This document shows, piece by piece, positions 1 through 10,918 of a stretch of DNA of 64,000 bases (its first letter is position 1; every line of letters begins with the position of its first letter). Position numbers and translations under genes: made by a program. The DNA is taken from the NCBI GenBank assembly GCA_001643675.2, contig LSRY02000010.1, positions 186,001 to 250,000 of the forward strand, read 5' to 3'. This DNA comes from Monocercomonoides exilis PA203. Taxonomy: Eukaryota > Protista > Preaxostyla. The notes below the pieces were generated by a model. That model searched no databases. It was given only the letters and a program-made list of their open reading frames with translations, and was not told where the DNA came from.

Positions 1-790
1 ACATTTTGGGTGGGAGAATTATGCAGTGTCATAAGTGCAGAAGATTTATGAAAGTTCAAAAGGGGGAAAAGTTCAATAAATATTGGTACTGTTCCAAATG
101 TGGTCAAAAAAAATCAGTTTTCGATGGAACAGTCTTTTCACAAAATAAAATTGGATTGGGGAAAACAATGAGGATTTTTTTATTGTGTTGTGAGGGAATT
201 TCCATAAAGCATATTTCAAGATTAATAGGAATTGACAGAAAGATAATTGGATTTTGGGGGAGTGTGGAAAGCGTTGTGTGCATGAAAATGTGAAATGAGA
301 ACCAAATCCAAATCGGAGGGGAGGGAAAGACAGACGAGTTTGATGAAGCTGTCTGGAGAAGGAGAAAATGCAAGAGGGGAAAAAGAAAAGAATAGACTTG
401 GATTTTTGGAGCGGTGAAGAGATTGGAAGGTGGAGGAGCTGGTCCAAGATTCGTGATGAATGTTACCAATTTTGGAAAAGAGACTTTTCTGCCAATCATT
501 CTGGAAAGAATATACTCCGGAACAACAATCATGTCTGACAAGTGGAAGGCTTATTCCACTTTGAGTCTTCGCAATCACACACACAAAACGGTCTGTCACA
601 AACGACATTATGTGGACCCTGAAAGTGGAACCTGTACCAATACAATTGATAGATTGCGTGGTACTCTCAGGAAGTCTTTTCCCCCCTATGGAGTAAGGAA
701 ATCACTGACGCCTGATCATTTGGCTATGCTAATGGTGCAATAATCGAAAGATTATGAGTTTTCTGACTATTTAATGAGCATTTCTAATTA
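1..790 (+). pseudogene. Merlin/IS1595-family DDE transposase, decayed (5' end probably outside the window)
   Basis: ORF 6..293 has a CxxC..CxxC zinc ribbon and a HTH-like segment. Frameshifted continuation gives QIGG..GKTDEFDEAVWRRRK..RG, WIFGAV, TTIMSDKWKAY, HKTVCHKRHYVDP, CTNTIDRL, the IS1595/Merlin motif series. Stops and frameshifts are present. Confidence 0.85.
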
Positions 791-1388
791 TTAACCTGTG
801 AGACCTCATGCGCCTGAAACAGAATCTTTCAATGACGATGAGGATACTGATATTCCTGGTATTGATGTTATTTTTTCATAAAGAAAAGAGTGACGAAGAA
901 TAGTCATGATTTTGCTTCAGAGGAAGAAAAAACCTTTGATTTTGAACATAAATTTTTATTGTGATTTCATATTTTTACTCTTTTTATTTATTTCGACAAA
1001 ACATTTCCGACACTCAACAATGTGCAACACTATCATAAATAATTTCATTGATTCATGATAAAGTTGTTTTAACCCAAAATGAAACCTTTTCAATCATCCA
1101 GATATACACAAAAAGCTTTTTGAATATGAATAACAATTTATGCATCTCTGAAAGTTCAAAGTTTCATTTTTGAAATTTCTTTTTCAGTGAGATTAGAATG
1201 TTTCTTTTTTTGAACAGAAAATTCTGTCGAAATTGAGAAAAAAAGTTTTAAATACTGAAATTTCGTTTATGGTTATTATTTTCTTCATGAATATAAAAAC
1301 TACTATCAACGAAATTAACAAATAAGTCGTGGATTTGATCAAATGTGACATTACACATTTTCATTTTTGTGGAAAGTTGCTTATTCCG

Positions 1389-1405
1389 TTAAAGAACTGA
1401 GTACC
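1389..1405 (-). repeat. Possible right TIR of the upstream Merlin element
   Basis: Reverse complement reads GGTACTCAGTTCTTTAA, a GG-starting terminus of the type seen in Merlin elements. The partner TIR would lie outside the window, so it cannot be verified. Confidence 0.3.
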
Positions 1406-1409
1406 TTAA

Positions 1410-1487
1410 TTCTCCAGGACAAACGATCAACTACAACACCTCTTGTGATGGGAGTTAGGAGCCTATAAAGGGCTTTGTCGCTTACCA
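1410..1487 (+). repeat. DIRS left inverted terminal repeat
   Basis: acaacacctcttgtgatgggagttaggagcctataaagggctttgtcgcttacca is the near reverse complement of tggtaagcgacagagcccttaatataggctcctttctcccataacaagaggtgttgt at 5692-5748. Confidence 0.9.
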
Positions 1488-1497
1488 GATCTTTGAC

Positions 1498-2133
1498 ATG
1501 GAAGTATCAATTGCAGGACCTGCATCGGGACTGAGCGGTATTTTTACCCTCGGCGGATCAACGGGCGGCGTGGGCTTATCTCAGCCTACCTCCTCAAGCA
1601 GTACACTTGCTTCCGACCAATTTCCAGCGACCTCACAACCAGAACCAGCAGTTCGGACAGAGAGCCAAGTTCCGTCTTTTTCTTCGCTTTGCGCGGCCTT
1701 ATTTAATGATAACATTAACTCGTCTGTATTTGATCTTCACACGGATTCCGCAGACTTAGCTACAACTGTTGAACAATACGAATCCATTGCTTGCACACCA
1801 TTTATTCCAGCCAGAACTCACCCTCATGCAAGATCATCAAATTGGCAAAAGGACGCGCTCGATTCCAGCGGATACAGAGTGGAAAGATATCTCATTCCCG
1901 CACTAAAGGCTCTGATCATGTCTCGTTCAGAAGGTGAAACCAGGAAAGAGAGGACATCAGACGCCATGCCCCTTATTGTTGCAGCCCTCCAGGAGGAACG
2001 CCACACAAGAATTCAGGCAGAATTTGGTTTTGATGCAGCTCGCGCTCTCAGGGAAGACCAGGAAGACCACATCGTTTCCAGTAACAAGCTGGCAAAGATC
2101 ACACCATTACGAGAAGCAAGAAAAACAAGATGA
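1498..2133 (+). CDS. DIRS ORF1 (gag-like), 211 aa
   Basis: First ATG just inside the left ITR and upstream of RT. Assigned by position only; no diagnostic motif seen. Confidence 0.55.
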   Translation: MEVSIAGPASGLSGIFTLGGSTGGVGLSQPTSSSSTLASDQFPATSQPEPAVRTESQVPSFSSLCAALFNDNINSSVFDLHTDSADLATTVEQYESIACTPFIPARTHPHARSSNWQKDALDSSGYRVERYLIPALKALIMSRSEGETRKERTSDAMPLIVAALQEERHTRIQAEFGFDAARALREDQEDHIVSSNKLAKITPLREARKTR

Positions 2134-2249
2134 GAAGCCATCATCAGAGTACAACGCGCAAGAACTCATTTTTTTCGGAACCCGACCTCCTAAGGAGGCA
2201 CTAGTTCAGAAGGAAGGTCAAGCAGGACATCACAGAGAGTGGTTAATAC

Positions 2250-3760
2250 ATCGAGAGCGCAAGGAGCCTGGAGAAGGAAGTTGTTGGAGGGCGAGCTCAG
2301 TAATCCGCAGAAGAGTGGGATTCATTGGGGGTGCGCAGTGTTACACGGAAGGATTCATTCCAGTTTGGAGGGGGAAGAGCGTAAGGGAGCGCCTCAAGAA
2401 GGAGGTAGAGACTCGGAAGGGGTTTCTTGGAACCAAGCTGGAGGAAAAAGAATGCACGAAGTGGGTGCAGGAGGGCCTTGCCATGAGGGTTCTATTTCAG
2501 CTTCCACAAGGTGCAGCGAAATGCCTGCACATTTTTCTTTGTGAGGAAGAAAAACGATAAATTCAGACAGATACGAGACTGCAGGCCACACAACAGTGCG
2601 GTTAAAGGATCCACTTCAAGATAGAGGATGACAGGACGCTGGAGAAGATAATTCAAAAGGAGGACTACGCAACAACAATAGATTTGTCTCAAGCGTATTT
2701 TCTAATTCCTGTTCACCCTTCTTTCGTTCACTTTCTTTCTTTCACCTTCAGAGACAAAATACACGCCTTCAAAGGAATGCCCTTAGGCTACAAGGACGCA
2801 CCCTGCATTTTCACGCCCGTTATCAGGAAAGTCATTCAGGAAATACGAAATAGATGGGGTCTGCGCTGCCTGGCTCACTTGGACGATATCGTGCTGCTTT
2901 ATCAAGATCCAAGCAAGCTTCGGACTGCAACGAAAGAGATAACCGCATTACTTTGAAGGCTTAGACTGCTGATCAACTTCTTCAAGAGCAAACTTCAACA
3001 GAGGCAGGCCTTCAGTTTCCTGGGATGGACGTGGAGGACGAGGAAAGGAACAGTCAGCCTGGAACGAGAGAGATGCAGGTCTCTGAGGAAGGAGTGCAAA
3101 TGGTTGATGAGGCTTGCAAGAAGAAACGCTGAAGTCCGGATCAGGAGCTTTGCGTCGTTTGTAGGTCTCATCAGCGCTTCACGGTTCGTCATCAGAGACG
3201 CTTCGCTTCAAATGAACAGATTATACCAGGCACTTAACAGAGCGGTGATGAAGCAAGGATGGAATGCGACTATGAGAGTCAACCATTCGATCATCAAACA
3301 GATATATGGATGGAAGGTGAGACTAACAAAGAAGGAACAAATGCAATGTACATCATTCACAGCACAGCAGGCTGTTCCACCAACGGAAGCTGCACCACGG
3401 GCTTGTGGTGCAATGCTGAGGAAAAATTAATACATCCTTCACTTCCACTAACCTTTCAACAAGTCCTTCTTCAGCCAATCCTCCAACTTCAAGGAGATGT
3501 TGGCTGTCTTGATTGCACTCAAGCACTTCCTCCACCTCATCCTTAGGCACCACATGCACACAATCTTGCAAAGATCAGACAACACGACGGCGGTCTACGA
3601 CATCAATCACTGGGCAGCAGGAGCGAATCTCATTTCTCTCCTGAGGAAAATGTGATAAATGACAACAGAATGTCATATTCAGATGAGAGCGATTCACTTC
3701 CCAGTTGTGAAGAACATGACCGCAGATGCCTTTTCAAGACTCCAGAGCTATGGATACAAC
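2250..3760 (+). pseudogene. DIRS reverse transcriptase / RNase H, disrupted
   Basis: HFKIED, TIDLSQAYFLIPV, FKGMPLGYKDAPCIF, AHLDDIVL (YLDD box changed to HLDD), FSFLGWTW. RNase H motifs SSNFKEMLAV, SDNTTAV, NMTADAFSR. Multiple stops and frameshifts. Confidence 0.9.
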
Positions 3761-3789
3761 GAGCTAAGAGAGGAAGCGCTTTAACAATT

Positions 3790-4100
3790 GGAAAGAACCT
3801 TGGACGTGAACATCGAGCTGGACGCCTTCGCAAGCGGAGAAACAGGAAAACAATGACTTGGTTTGAGCCATGAAGCCTGGAGCTGGAGGACGAACAACAA
3901 GCAGATTGGATAGGAGCAGTAACAGTGGTGCATCCACCAACACATCTGATTCTCCCTTGCTTAAGGGAGATTCGGGAGGAACAGGCGAGAGCAGTGATTC
4001 TTCTTCCAGCGTGGATGTTCCAGATCTGGACACCACCACTGATGGAGATGACAACATCCTTTATGATGTGGAGCGATTCGAGAAGGATATTGAGGACAAG
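3790..4100 (+). pseudogene. DIRS-associated Dam-like N6-adenine methyltransferase domain remnant
   Basis: ELDAFAS (motif I-like) followed by VHPPTHLILPCLREIREEQARAVILLPAWMFQIW, matching the NPP..I..VL.KI..E.A.AILI.P.W..Q.W pattern of DIRS1 MT domains. Confidence 0.75.
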
Positions 4101-4179
4101 GCCTGGAATGAGGAAGTCTGGAGAATCATTCCCACGTGGACCTTTCTTTGCAGCAAGACTCAACAGGTTGCGCCGAGAG

Positions 4180-5110
4180 GAGAACAGTGGTGGATCAGCA
4201 ACCTACAGAAATATGAAGTTCCTCAATCTCTGATAACAGAGACCATGAACAGTGTTTCTCCTTCAACATGGACAGCCTTCACCTTTGGATTCGCACATTT
4301 TGGACAAATTTGGACAGAGGAAAATTGTGGAGAATTTCCGAGGGGTTTTGGAGAGTGGCGCAGAAGACGTGCCATGCTCTTTGTGAAGCTGAAGGAGAAG
4401 GGATTCCCCTACGCTTGCTTGTGCTCCACGAGATCCGCTGTGTCACTATTTTTCCAGGCTAAGTTACGAAGTGGATATTGACCAAATACCAATCATAAAT
4501 ACAATCTTCCGCTCTTTTCACCATTCACACGCCCCCAGAAGACCTTGCACATACATGTGGTCCCCCTCACTGGTGTTTGACTATTATAATTCACGACCAT
4601 GCAACGTCGACCTATCGTTTTTCGAGCTCACAGTGAAGTGCATTTTGCTATGTGTTTTGTTTACAGCCTTCCGCTTTCACGAACTTGAACTTCTTTCCAT
4701 GAGCAAATCTATTTTCAACAACGATTCCATCCATATCCACTTCCACCTCAAAACCTCAATTAAACCGAGTTTCTTAACAATTTCTTTCTTAGGTGAGACA
4801 GACGAAAAGATTTGCTCTGCAAAAGAAGTAGATTGTCTTTGGGAGAGAGTTCGGAGAACGTTCGAGTCAAGAGACGCATTCTTGCTGAATACAACTTATC
4901 AAACTTTACTAAAAACATCAGGAATCAGGAGACTGGAAAGGCTAGGAATGAAACAAGAGGGGGTACCATAGGAATTCAGACCTTACACAATCAAGCACGC
5001 AGCCATCTCTGCATTAACCTTGAAGTGAATACAGGAAGTTCTTATAGCTAGACATACGCGCCTATCACCAACAGCGCACACACCCACTCGGTCTTAATTC
5101 AGAACCAACC
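4180..5110 (+). pseudogene. DIRS tyrosine recombinase, frameshifted
   Basis: Core-binding part SPSTWTAF..STRSAVSLFF (in ORF 3870..4481), then WSPSLVFDY, LTVKCILL..FRFHEL (catalytic Arg), LKTS, and RPYTIKHAAISAL beyond a stop at 4969-4971. Confidence 0.85.
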
Positions 5111-5407
5111 TTGCATCCAGCATGGCCCACACCCTGACAGCCCTCCAACAGGAGAACCAAACGATCCTCGCGCTATTCAATTCAGCATCCGCATCTCCAC
5201 TCACTCCTTTTCCAACAGCCAATTCATCAAACCAAACAGCCATCTCCAACAGAATTCACAAAAGACTCGAACGCTCGAGACCCAAACCCACAGACAGAAG
5301 AAATGACTAAGGATTGCAGCAGGTTTAAGTTCACAACGATAAGAACAATTCAGACAAGCGAAATAAGACACATTCAAGTTGACAGATGACAATCCCAACG
5401 ACTTATA

Positions 5408-5507
5408 CTCCCATAACAAGATGTGTTGATGTTGATCGTTTGTTCTGGAGAAATAAGCTACTCTATACTATAATTCGGAAAGAACAAACAAAACCACAAC
5501 ACCTCTT
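5408..5507 (+). repeat. DIRS internal complementary region (ICR)
   Basis: 5408-5452 is complementary to the outer part of the left ITR (ttctccaggacaaacgatcaac..). 5474-5507 (ttcggaaagaacaaacaaaaccacaacacctctt) is complementary to the outer end of the right ITR. Confidence 0.9.
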
Positions 5508-5691
5508 TGTCCCACCACGAGTAAACTCTTCCCACCCTTTGTTCTTTCAATAATAAGTTTTCACATTTTCAATTTTACACCTTTTCGTACCACAACAACT
5601 TCTGTGCACTTTGTTTTTTGCGCAATTAACCTTATTTTGTTCTTTTATTATTATTTCAATTTTTTTGCACATCCACAGTTTTCACTTCAAT

Positions 5692-5770
5692 TGGTAAGCG
5701 ACAGAGCCCTTAATATAGGCTCCTTTCTCCCATAACAAGAGGTGTTGTCGTTTTGTTTGTTCTTTCCGAA
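5692..5770 (-). repeat. DIRS right inverted terminal repeat with unique 3' extension
   Basis: Matches the left ITR over about 55 bp, then diverges into cgttttgtttgttctttccgaa, which pairs with the second half of the ICR. Confidence 0.9.
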
Positions 5771-5922
5771 AAAATCGGAAATATCACTTTTTTCTTACTC
5801 TAACAACCAAATAAATTTGCATTTGATCATTTTTTTCGATTTAGCAAATATAAATGTTTGATTCTCTGGACTATTGTGTTGTTTTTGATCAGTTATTCAA
5901 TGTGAATTGAACATATTTGTAA

Positions 5923-7369
5923 ATGAATAGAATGGAAAAATTCTGCGATAACTCATCTGAAGATAGAATCCAAGAGATTTCCGTTGATAATCGCTTTGTA
6001 AGTTTGTTCATTTTAGCTGTTGTCTTTCTGGATAATAATTCAATATTTTTTATAATTTTTGAAACAGAATTACTCAATGAACTGAAAAGCTGCACTGAAA
6101 TGGAACAACAGCATATTATAGAAGAGATGAATGAATACATAACTGTTATGGATGCTGAAGAAATTAATACTACTTTTACATCAAATGTGTATAATAAAAT
6201 CAAACAATTAACAGAAAAAAACAAACTGTTTTCGGAAAATACAATAGCATTATTGAAACACATTGGATTTTGCAGGGTTTCAAAAAATTCATTGAGTAAT
6301 AGCTTCAATAATTCCTTTCTGAGAAATGTAATTTTGGGAATGATAACAAAAGAAACGATGAAGAAAGAAGGAAGGAATGAAAAACACTTGGTTGATCTTT
6401 GTGAATGCTATCTCATGCAAGACAAAGACCCGAACGAAACGTTCATTCTTGATAACTGCATTCCTTTCCTCCTGAAGTGTGCTTTGAGTAAAGAGAAAAA
6501 CCAAATTCAACGAAAAGAAGTTGAAATAGCGTTGCTGGCTGTAAGTAACACAAGCGAATATTATGTGTGAGCCTTTTTATTTTCATTTATTGATATTGTT
6601 AGAAATTTTCTGTTTTTATTAGAATGCCGAAGAAGAACTTTATTTGGAGGAAATCAAAGAGATCATACTTCATCATCAAGAGCATAGTAATCTTACATGG
6701 CTTGCATACCAATCTGCTTGGTATTTTTTGATCAAAAGATTACGTTTCGAACGAAATTTGGTGATAATTGTTGTGAGTGAGCTGCATTTCGCGAGAGAGG
6801 CTGCAAAAGAATTGGAAGAGCTGACGAAGCGTGTAAATTGGAACAAGAAGGATTTAGAAAGGAAAGAGGAAGAATCAAAAGAAGTGGACGCAATAAAAAG
6901 ATGGGCAACTACAATGAGCGACTATTTTCGTCTTACAGCACAGTTCAAATTATGGAATGGCGATTATATTGGATTGATTCGTTGCTTCGTCGAGCTGTGC
7001 AGAAAAGCGAGAGAAAACGAAAGAGAAATATTTGAAAAATATTTTTATCTTTTGTACAAAATGACGCAACTTTCGGATGAAAATATTGGAGACTTGCTGG
7101 ATGGAGGCGCCGTGAATTACTTTGTGGAGGAACTTTATCAGCCGTCGTTGAAATATGAAATCATAAACACCAGCTTGAGATTCGTTACGAATACAATAAG
7201 ACAACTAAAAAAATATACAGCGAATGAAGAAGATAAAATGAAAAATAAGGCAATAAAAATGAAGATATATGAAATATTGGAAGAAGAAGGATTTGAAGAC
7301 ATCGCCACAAGCTTCCGAAATAATCAACGCTTCGATTTTGTGGATAAAATCGTATTAATGAAGCTTTGA
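5923..7369 (+). CDS. Lineage-specific helical protein of the HHQEHxNLTxLAYQSAW family, 3 exons (about 5923-6001, 6068-6564, 6623-7369)
   Basis: GT..AG introns 6002-6067 and 6565-6622 give a continuous frame. Shares EKxLVDLCECY, QKEVExALLA, HQEHxNLTxLAYQSAWxFL and EEEGxED with the neighbouring gene. Confidence 0.8.
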
Positions 7370-8003
7370 ATATTTCAGAATGTTTTGAGAGTATTTGAGG
7401 AAACGATACTAATAAAATTTTGTAATTCAGAAATTTAAAATTTCTTTTATCATTTCACAAAAACGAAAGCAAACATTCTTTGAGCGTATTTTATATTTTA
7501 ATTTTTATTGTTAATCTATATTCATTTTGATGAAAAGAGGAAAAAACAATCATAAAAGACAACTATCATTGATTTTTTTCATTTTCTCCTTCCCCCTTTC
7601 ATAAGTCCTCCTCAAATGATTCACCTGCTCAGAAGTTTCATGAAACAAAGCCCAACTTTCTCTTTCCCTTTTAATCTTTATGTTTCTCCTTTCAATGAGC
7701 CTTATCAAGCAATAAATCAGAAAGAATGTCTTCTGCTTCTTCTGAAAGAGAAAGCAGATGAAGCCATTTCAGATAAATGCTTTAAAAAATCATAAATGAA
7801 TGTTAAAAAATAAATGAGATAAATTTTTGTAGATATAATTCATTTGAAGCTGAAAAGAAATGAATTTCTAAAATTTGAGTTTCTTTGGGGGAAAAAAAAT
7901 GAAAATAAAAAATACCTCCTTTTCATTTAACGCAAAATGAATGTTCAACTCAAAAATTAATGAAGTGGAGATGTTAAGGGTGACGTGAAAAAAATTACAA
8001 GCT

Positions 8004-9426
8004 TCAGCAAAAAACAAAATAATCATCTAAATTATCAATCAAATAAAAATCATCAAATTCTCCAACAATCATGCATTGGCTTAATCCAATGATGCAATCT
8101 TCGTATCCTTCTTCCTCCATCTTTCCAACCACTTTTCTAACTGTCTCTTTTCTTTTCGCTTCTTCCATGCATTCCATTTTGCTCTTTAATCGATCGATCA
8201 ATTCCTTGAAAAAAGATAGATAACGCTCAATCAAGAAATTCAATGCGTCTAATCGTGCAATTTCCTCCAACATAACATCAATGACCTTACTCTTAAGCAA
8301 TTCGTCAACTTCCACAGCTCTGGATTTCGCAACACTTCTGAATAAAATTATGCATCTATTGCAGATTTCTAGGTGATTGGTGTTTGCTGTCTGAAATATC
8401 CTCGAAATGCTGTTGAAAAGCTTAACATATTCATCATTCCTAATTTTGCATGAGGAAAAATAAATATCCAAAACAGCCAGCCAGCTTATGATGACTTTAT
8501 CTTCTTCACCTCCTTTTCCTTTTCTCTTTTCTTTCCAATCCACATATTCCATCAGCTTATCCAACTCTCTTGTTGATTCTTGAATTAAATGAAGCTCGTT
8601 AACAATAACTTCTTCCAATTTTCTATCGAAGAATAATCTGTTTATCAAAAACTCCCAAGCCGATTGATAAGCAAGATGCGTGAGGTTGTGATGCTCCTGA
8701 TGATATTGGACTATCTCTTTGATTTCATTCAGATATATCTCTTTTTTCAAATCCTATAGCAAAAAGAACAAAGTACTAATAAATGTTATTGCTAAATAAA
8801 ACTGTTCATACATCCCACAAATAAACATTTCTCAAAGCCAACAAAGCCATTTCCACTTCTTTTTGTGCTTCTTCGTTTTCTTCCTTGTTCAATGCAGCTT
8901 TCAAAAGACAAGGCACACAAACCAACAACATTCCTGTCGGATATCGTTTGTTTATGAACATATAACATTCACAAAGATCAACAAGTAGTTTTTCATTCTT
9001 ATCTTCGATCTTGTCATTTTCGTTAAAAACCATCAAATCAAAGCTTCTGACAAGTGGCAAACAAACAAATTCATCCCCATCAAGTCGATTAATTGTTTTG
9101 TAATACCCCATGTTTTTTAAAAGAACAACAGCATTCTCCTTCGGCAATTTCATTCTTTTTATCATTTGTTCAATCTCATTGAATAGATCTGTTGAAAAAA
9201 CAGAACAAAATTCATCGACATTCATTTTGTTTGTCAGTTCATTTATTTGTTGAATTTTCTGTAATTGCATGATTTTGGCGCTTTTTTTCAGATTCGAAAA
9301 CAATTCTTTAAAAACAATCAAAAAATAAAAAATAAAAAAGAAAGAAAAGAAATGTTATATTTACAATTTCAAATCCAACAATAAATGCCAACCAAAAAAT
9401 TTATCCACAATGTTCTTCCCCTGCAT
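8004..9426 (-). CDS. Paralogue of the 5923-7369 gene, 3 exons (about 9426-9393, 9305-8815, 8755-8004)
   Basis: ORFs 8806..9321 and 8004..8750 carry the same family motifs. Putative first exon MQGKNIVDKFF splices to ELFSNLKK. Start codon is inferred. Confidence 0.8.
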
Positions 9427-9946
9427 TTTTCCACATTGTATAAAGAAAACAACACCATTTTTATCAAGCAAGAGAAAAACGAACAGTGAAAAATAAGGGG
9501 AAAATTAAAGAATAAACTCAAAATAGTTATAAAAGTATATGCATTCACACCTTTCTTTTGCATGCTGTCATTTTTGATGAAGAATAATGAAGAAAACAAT
9601 TCTTAATTTTTTGTTTGCTGTTATGGTATTTATGATCGAGTTTTTTTAATCGAAAATTTTCATAATAAATGGATATTTATAATAGAATATCATATTCAGA
9701 AATAGGCCTCTGCGACAGACCGACATTTTCAAATCAACTCGACAACTCGACCGACAATTTTATCGAGTTTATATTTTTCGGTAATTTTAAATTTTTTTAT
9801 TTAAAATATATTTTTTTAAAGAAAAAAACGAAATTAAATCTTTTTCAATATTTTTTATCTATAAATATGAATAATTTTATAAGGAAATAAATAATCATAA
9901 TATTTTCTTTTTTTTTTTCTGAAATTCTATTTATAATGATGGGTTA

Positions 9947-10009
9947 TCGACAGATCTTTGTCGAGATCAGTCGAACGACGAAGATCAGTCGTTTGACAAA
10001 GATCAGTCG
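9947..10009 (+). repeat. Subterminal repeat array: near-palindrome plus 3 x AGATCAGTCG at 18-bp period
   Basis: TCGACAGATCTTTGTCGA at 9947-9964. AGATCAGTCG starts at 9964, 9982 and 10000. Confidence 0.8.
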
Positions 10010-10822
10010 AGTTGGAAGATATTAATGTTAATAAATGATTTTTTAACAATTGTCTATTATTTTTTTATTTTAAGACTTTCACTCATTATTAGATTTCACT
10101 TTTTTTTATTTTTTGAATCATGTTAGCATTGATTTCTTATTTTTGAAGTTCAATGATTTCGTTAAATTTTTTTCAAACGCAGCATTGTTCAAACAAGATT
10201 TATGATCATTATATATAAAAGGAAATGGAGTTGAGCGTATTTCAAACAATTCTCTTTAATCTTTTTGGTTTTGATAATAAAGACAAATATGATCATCATT
10301 TCAAAAATAACATTTGATTGTTGTGGCAATTCAATGAAACGTTAAAGCGGTTATTCGAGGACTATTATTATAAATAATAATTGTATAAATCTTTTGTTCA
10401 AAGTTAAAATTTGCATAAAAATATATGATGCGATTCATTTTCTATAACATGAAACGGTGATAACAAAGAAGTGAAGGAATTTTATTTTCTAAACAAAAAA
10501 AGTGAATGAAACGAAGTTGAGATAATTTCGAATACTCCAGAGAATGAAATATCACTCTATTGGAGTGTGTGAGCGAGATGAAATGAATACAAGGAAACTA
10601 CAATGGTGATGAAGGATCAGATGGAGCTTCATGCGAAGCCGAAGAGAACAGTGGAAAAGAAGGTTGCTGAAATGAAAAAATAGTCTGATGGAGTGAAGAA
10701 CATCGCATTTATCGGAAAGAAATTGTTTGAAAGAAGAGAGAAGGCGAAAGGGGGAAGAATGAGAATGAGAAGAAGAGGAAGAAGGAATAAAAGATTTAAA
10801 AAAATCATATGATGAAGAGGAA

Positions 10823-10918
10823 AAGAAGAAGAAGAAGAAGAAGAAGAAGAAGAAGAAGAAGAAGAAGAAGAAGAAGAAGAAGAAGAAGAAGAAGAAGAAA
10901 AAGAAGAAGAAGAAGAAG
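10823..10918 (+). repeat. (GAA)n microsatellite, about 30 units
   Basis: Nearly pure aagaagaag tract read directly. Confidence 0.95.

Larger units (their letters stand above)
1406..5770 (+). mobile_element. DIRS1-type tyrosine-recombinase retrotransposon, full-length structure, coding regions inactivated
   Basis: Order is gag-like ORF, RT, RNase H, adenine MTase-like domain, then YR. Inverted terminal repeats at about 1410-1487 and 5692-5770. Internal complementary region 5408-5507 matches both outer ends. No TSD visible, as expected for YR integration. Confidence 0.93.

Noticed and set aside
9947-10009. Regularly spaced repeats resembling a mini-CRISPR
   Set aside because: 10-bp repeats with 8-bp spacers, only three units, eukaryotic context and no cas genes. 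Better explained as transposon subterminal repeats.
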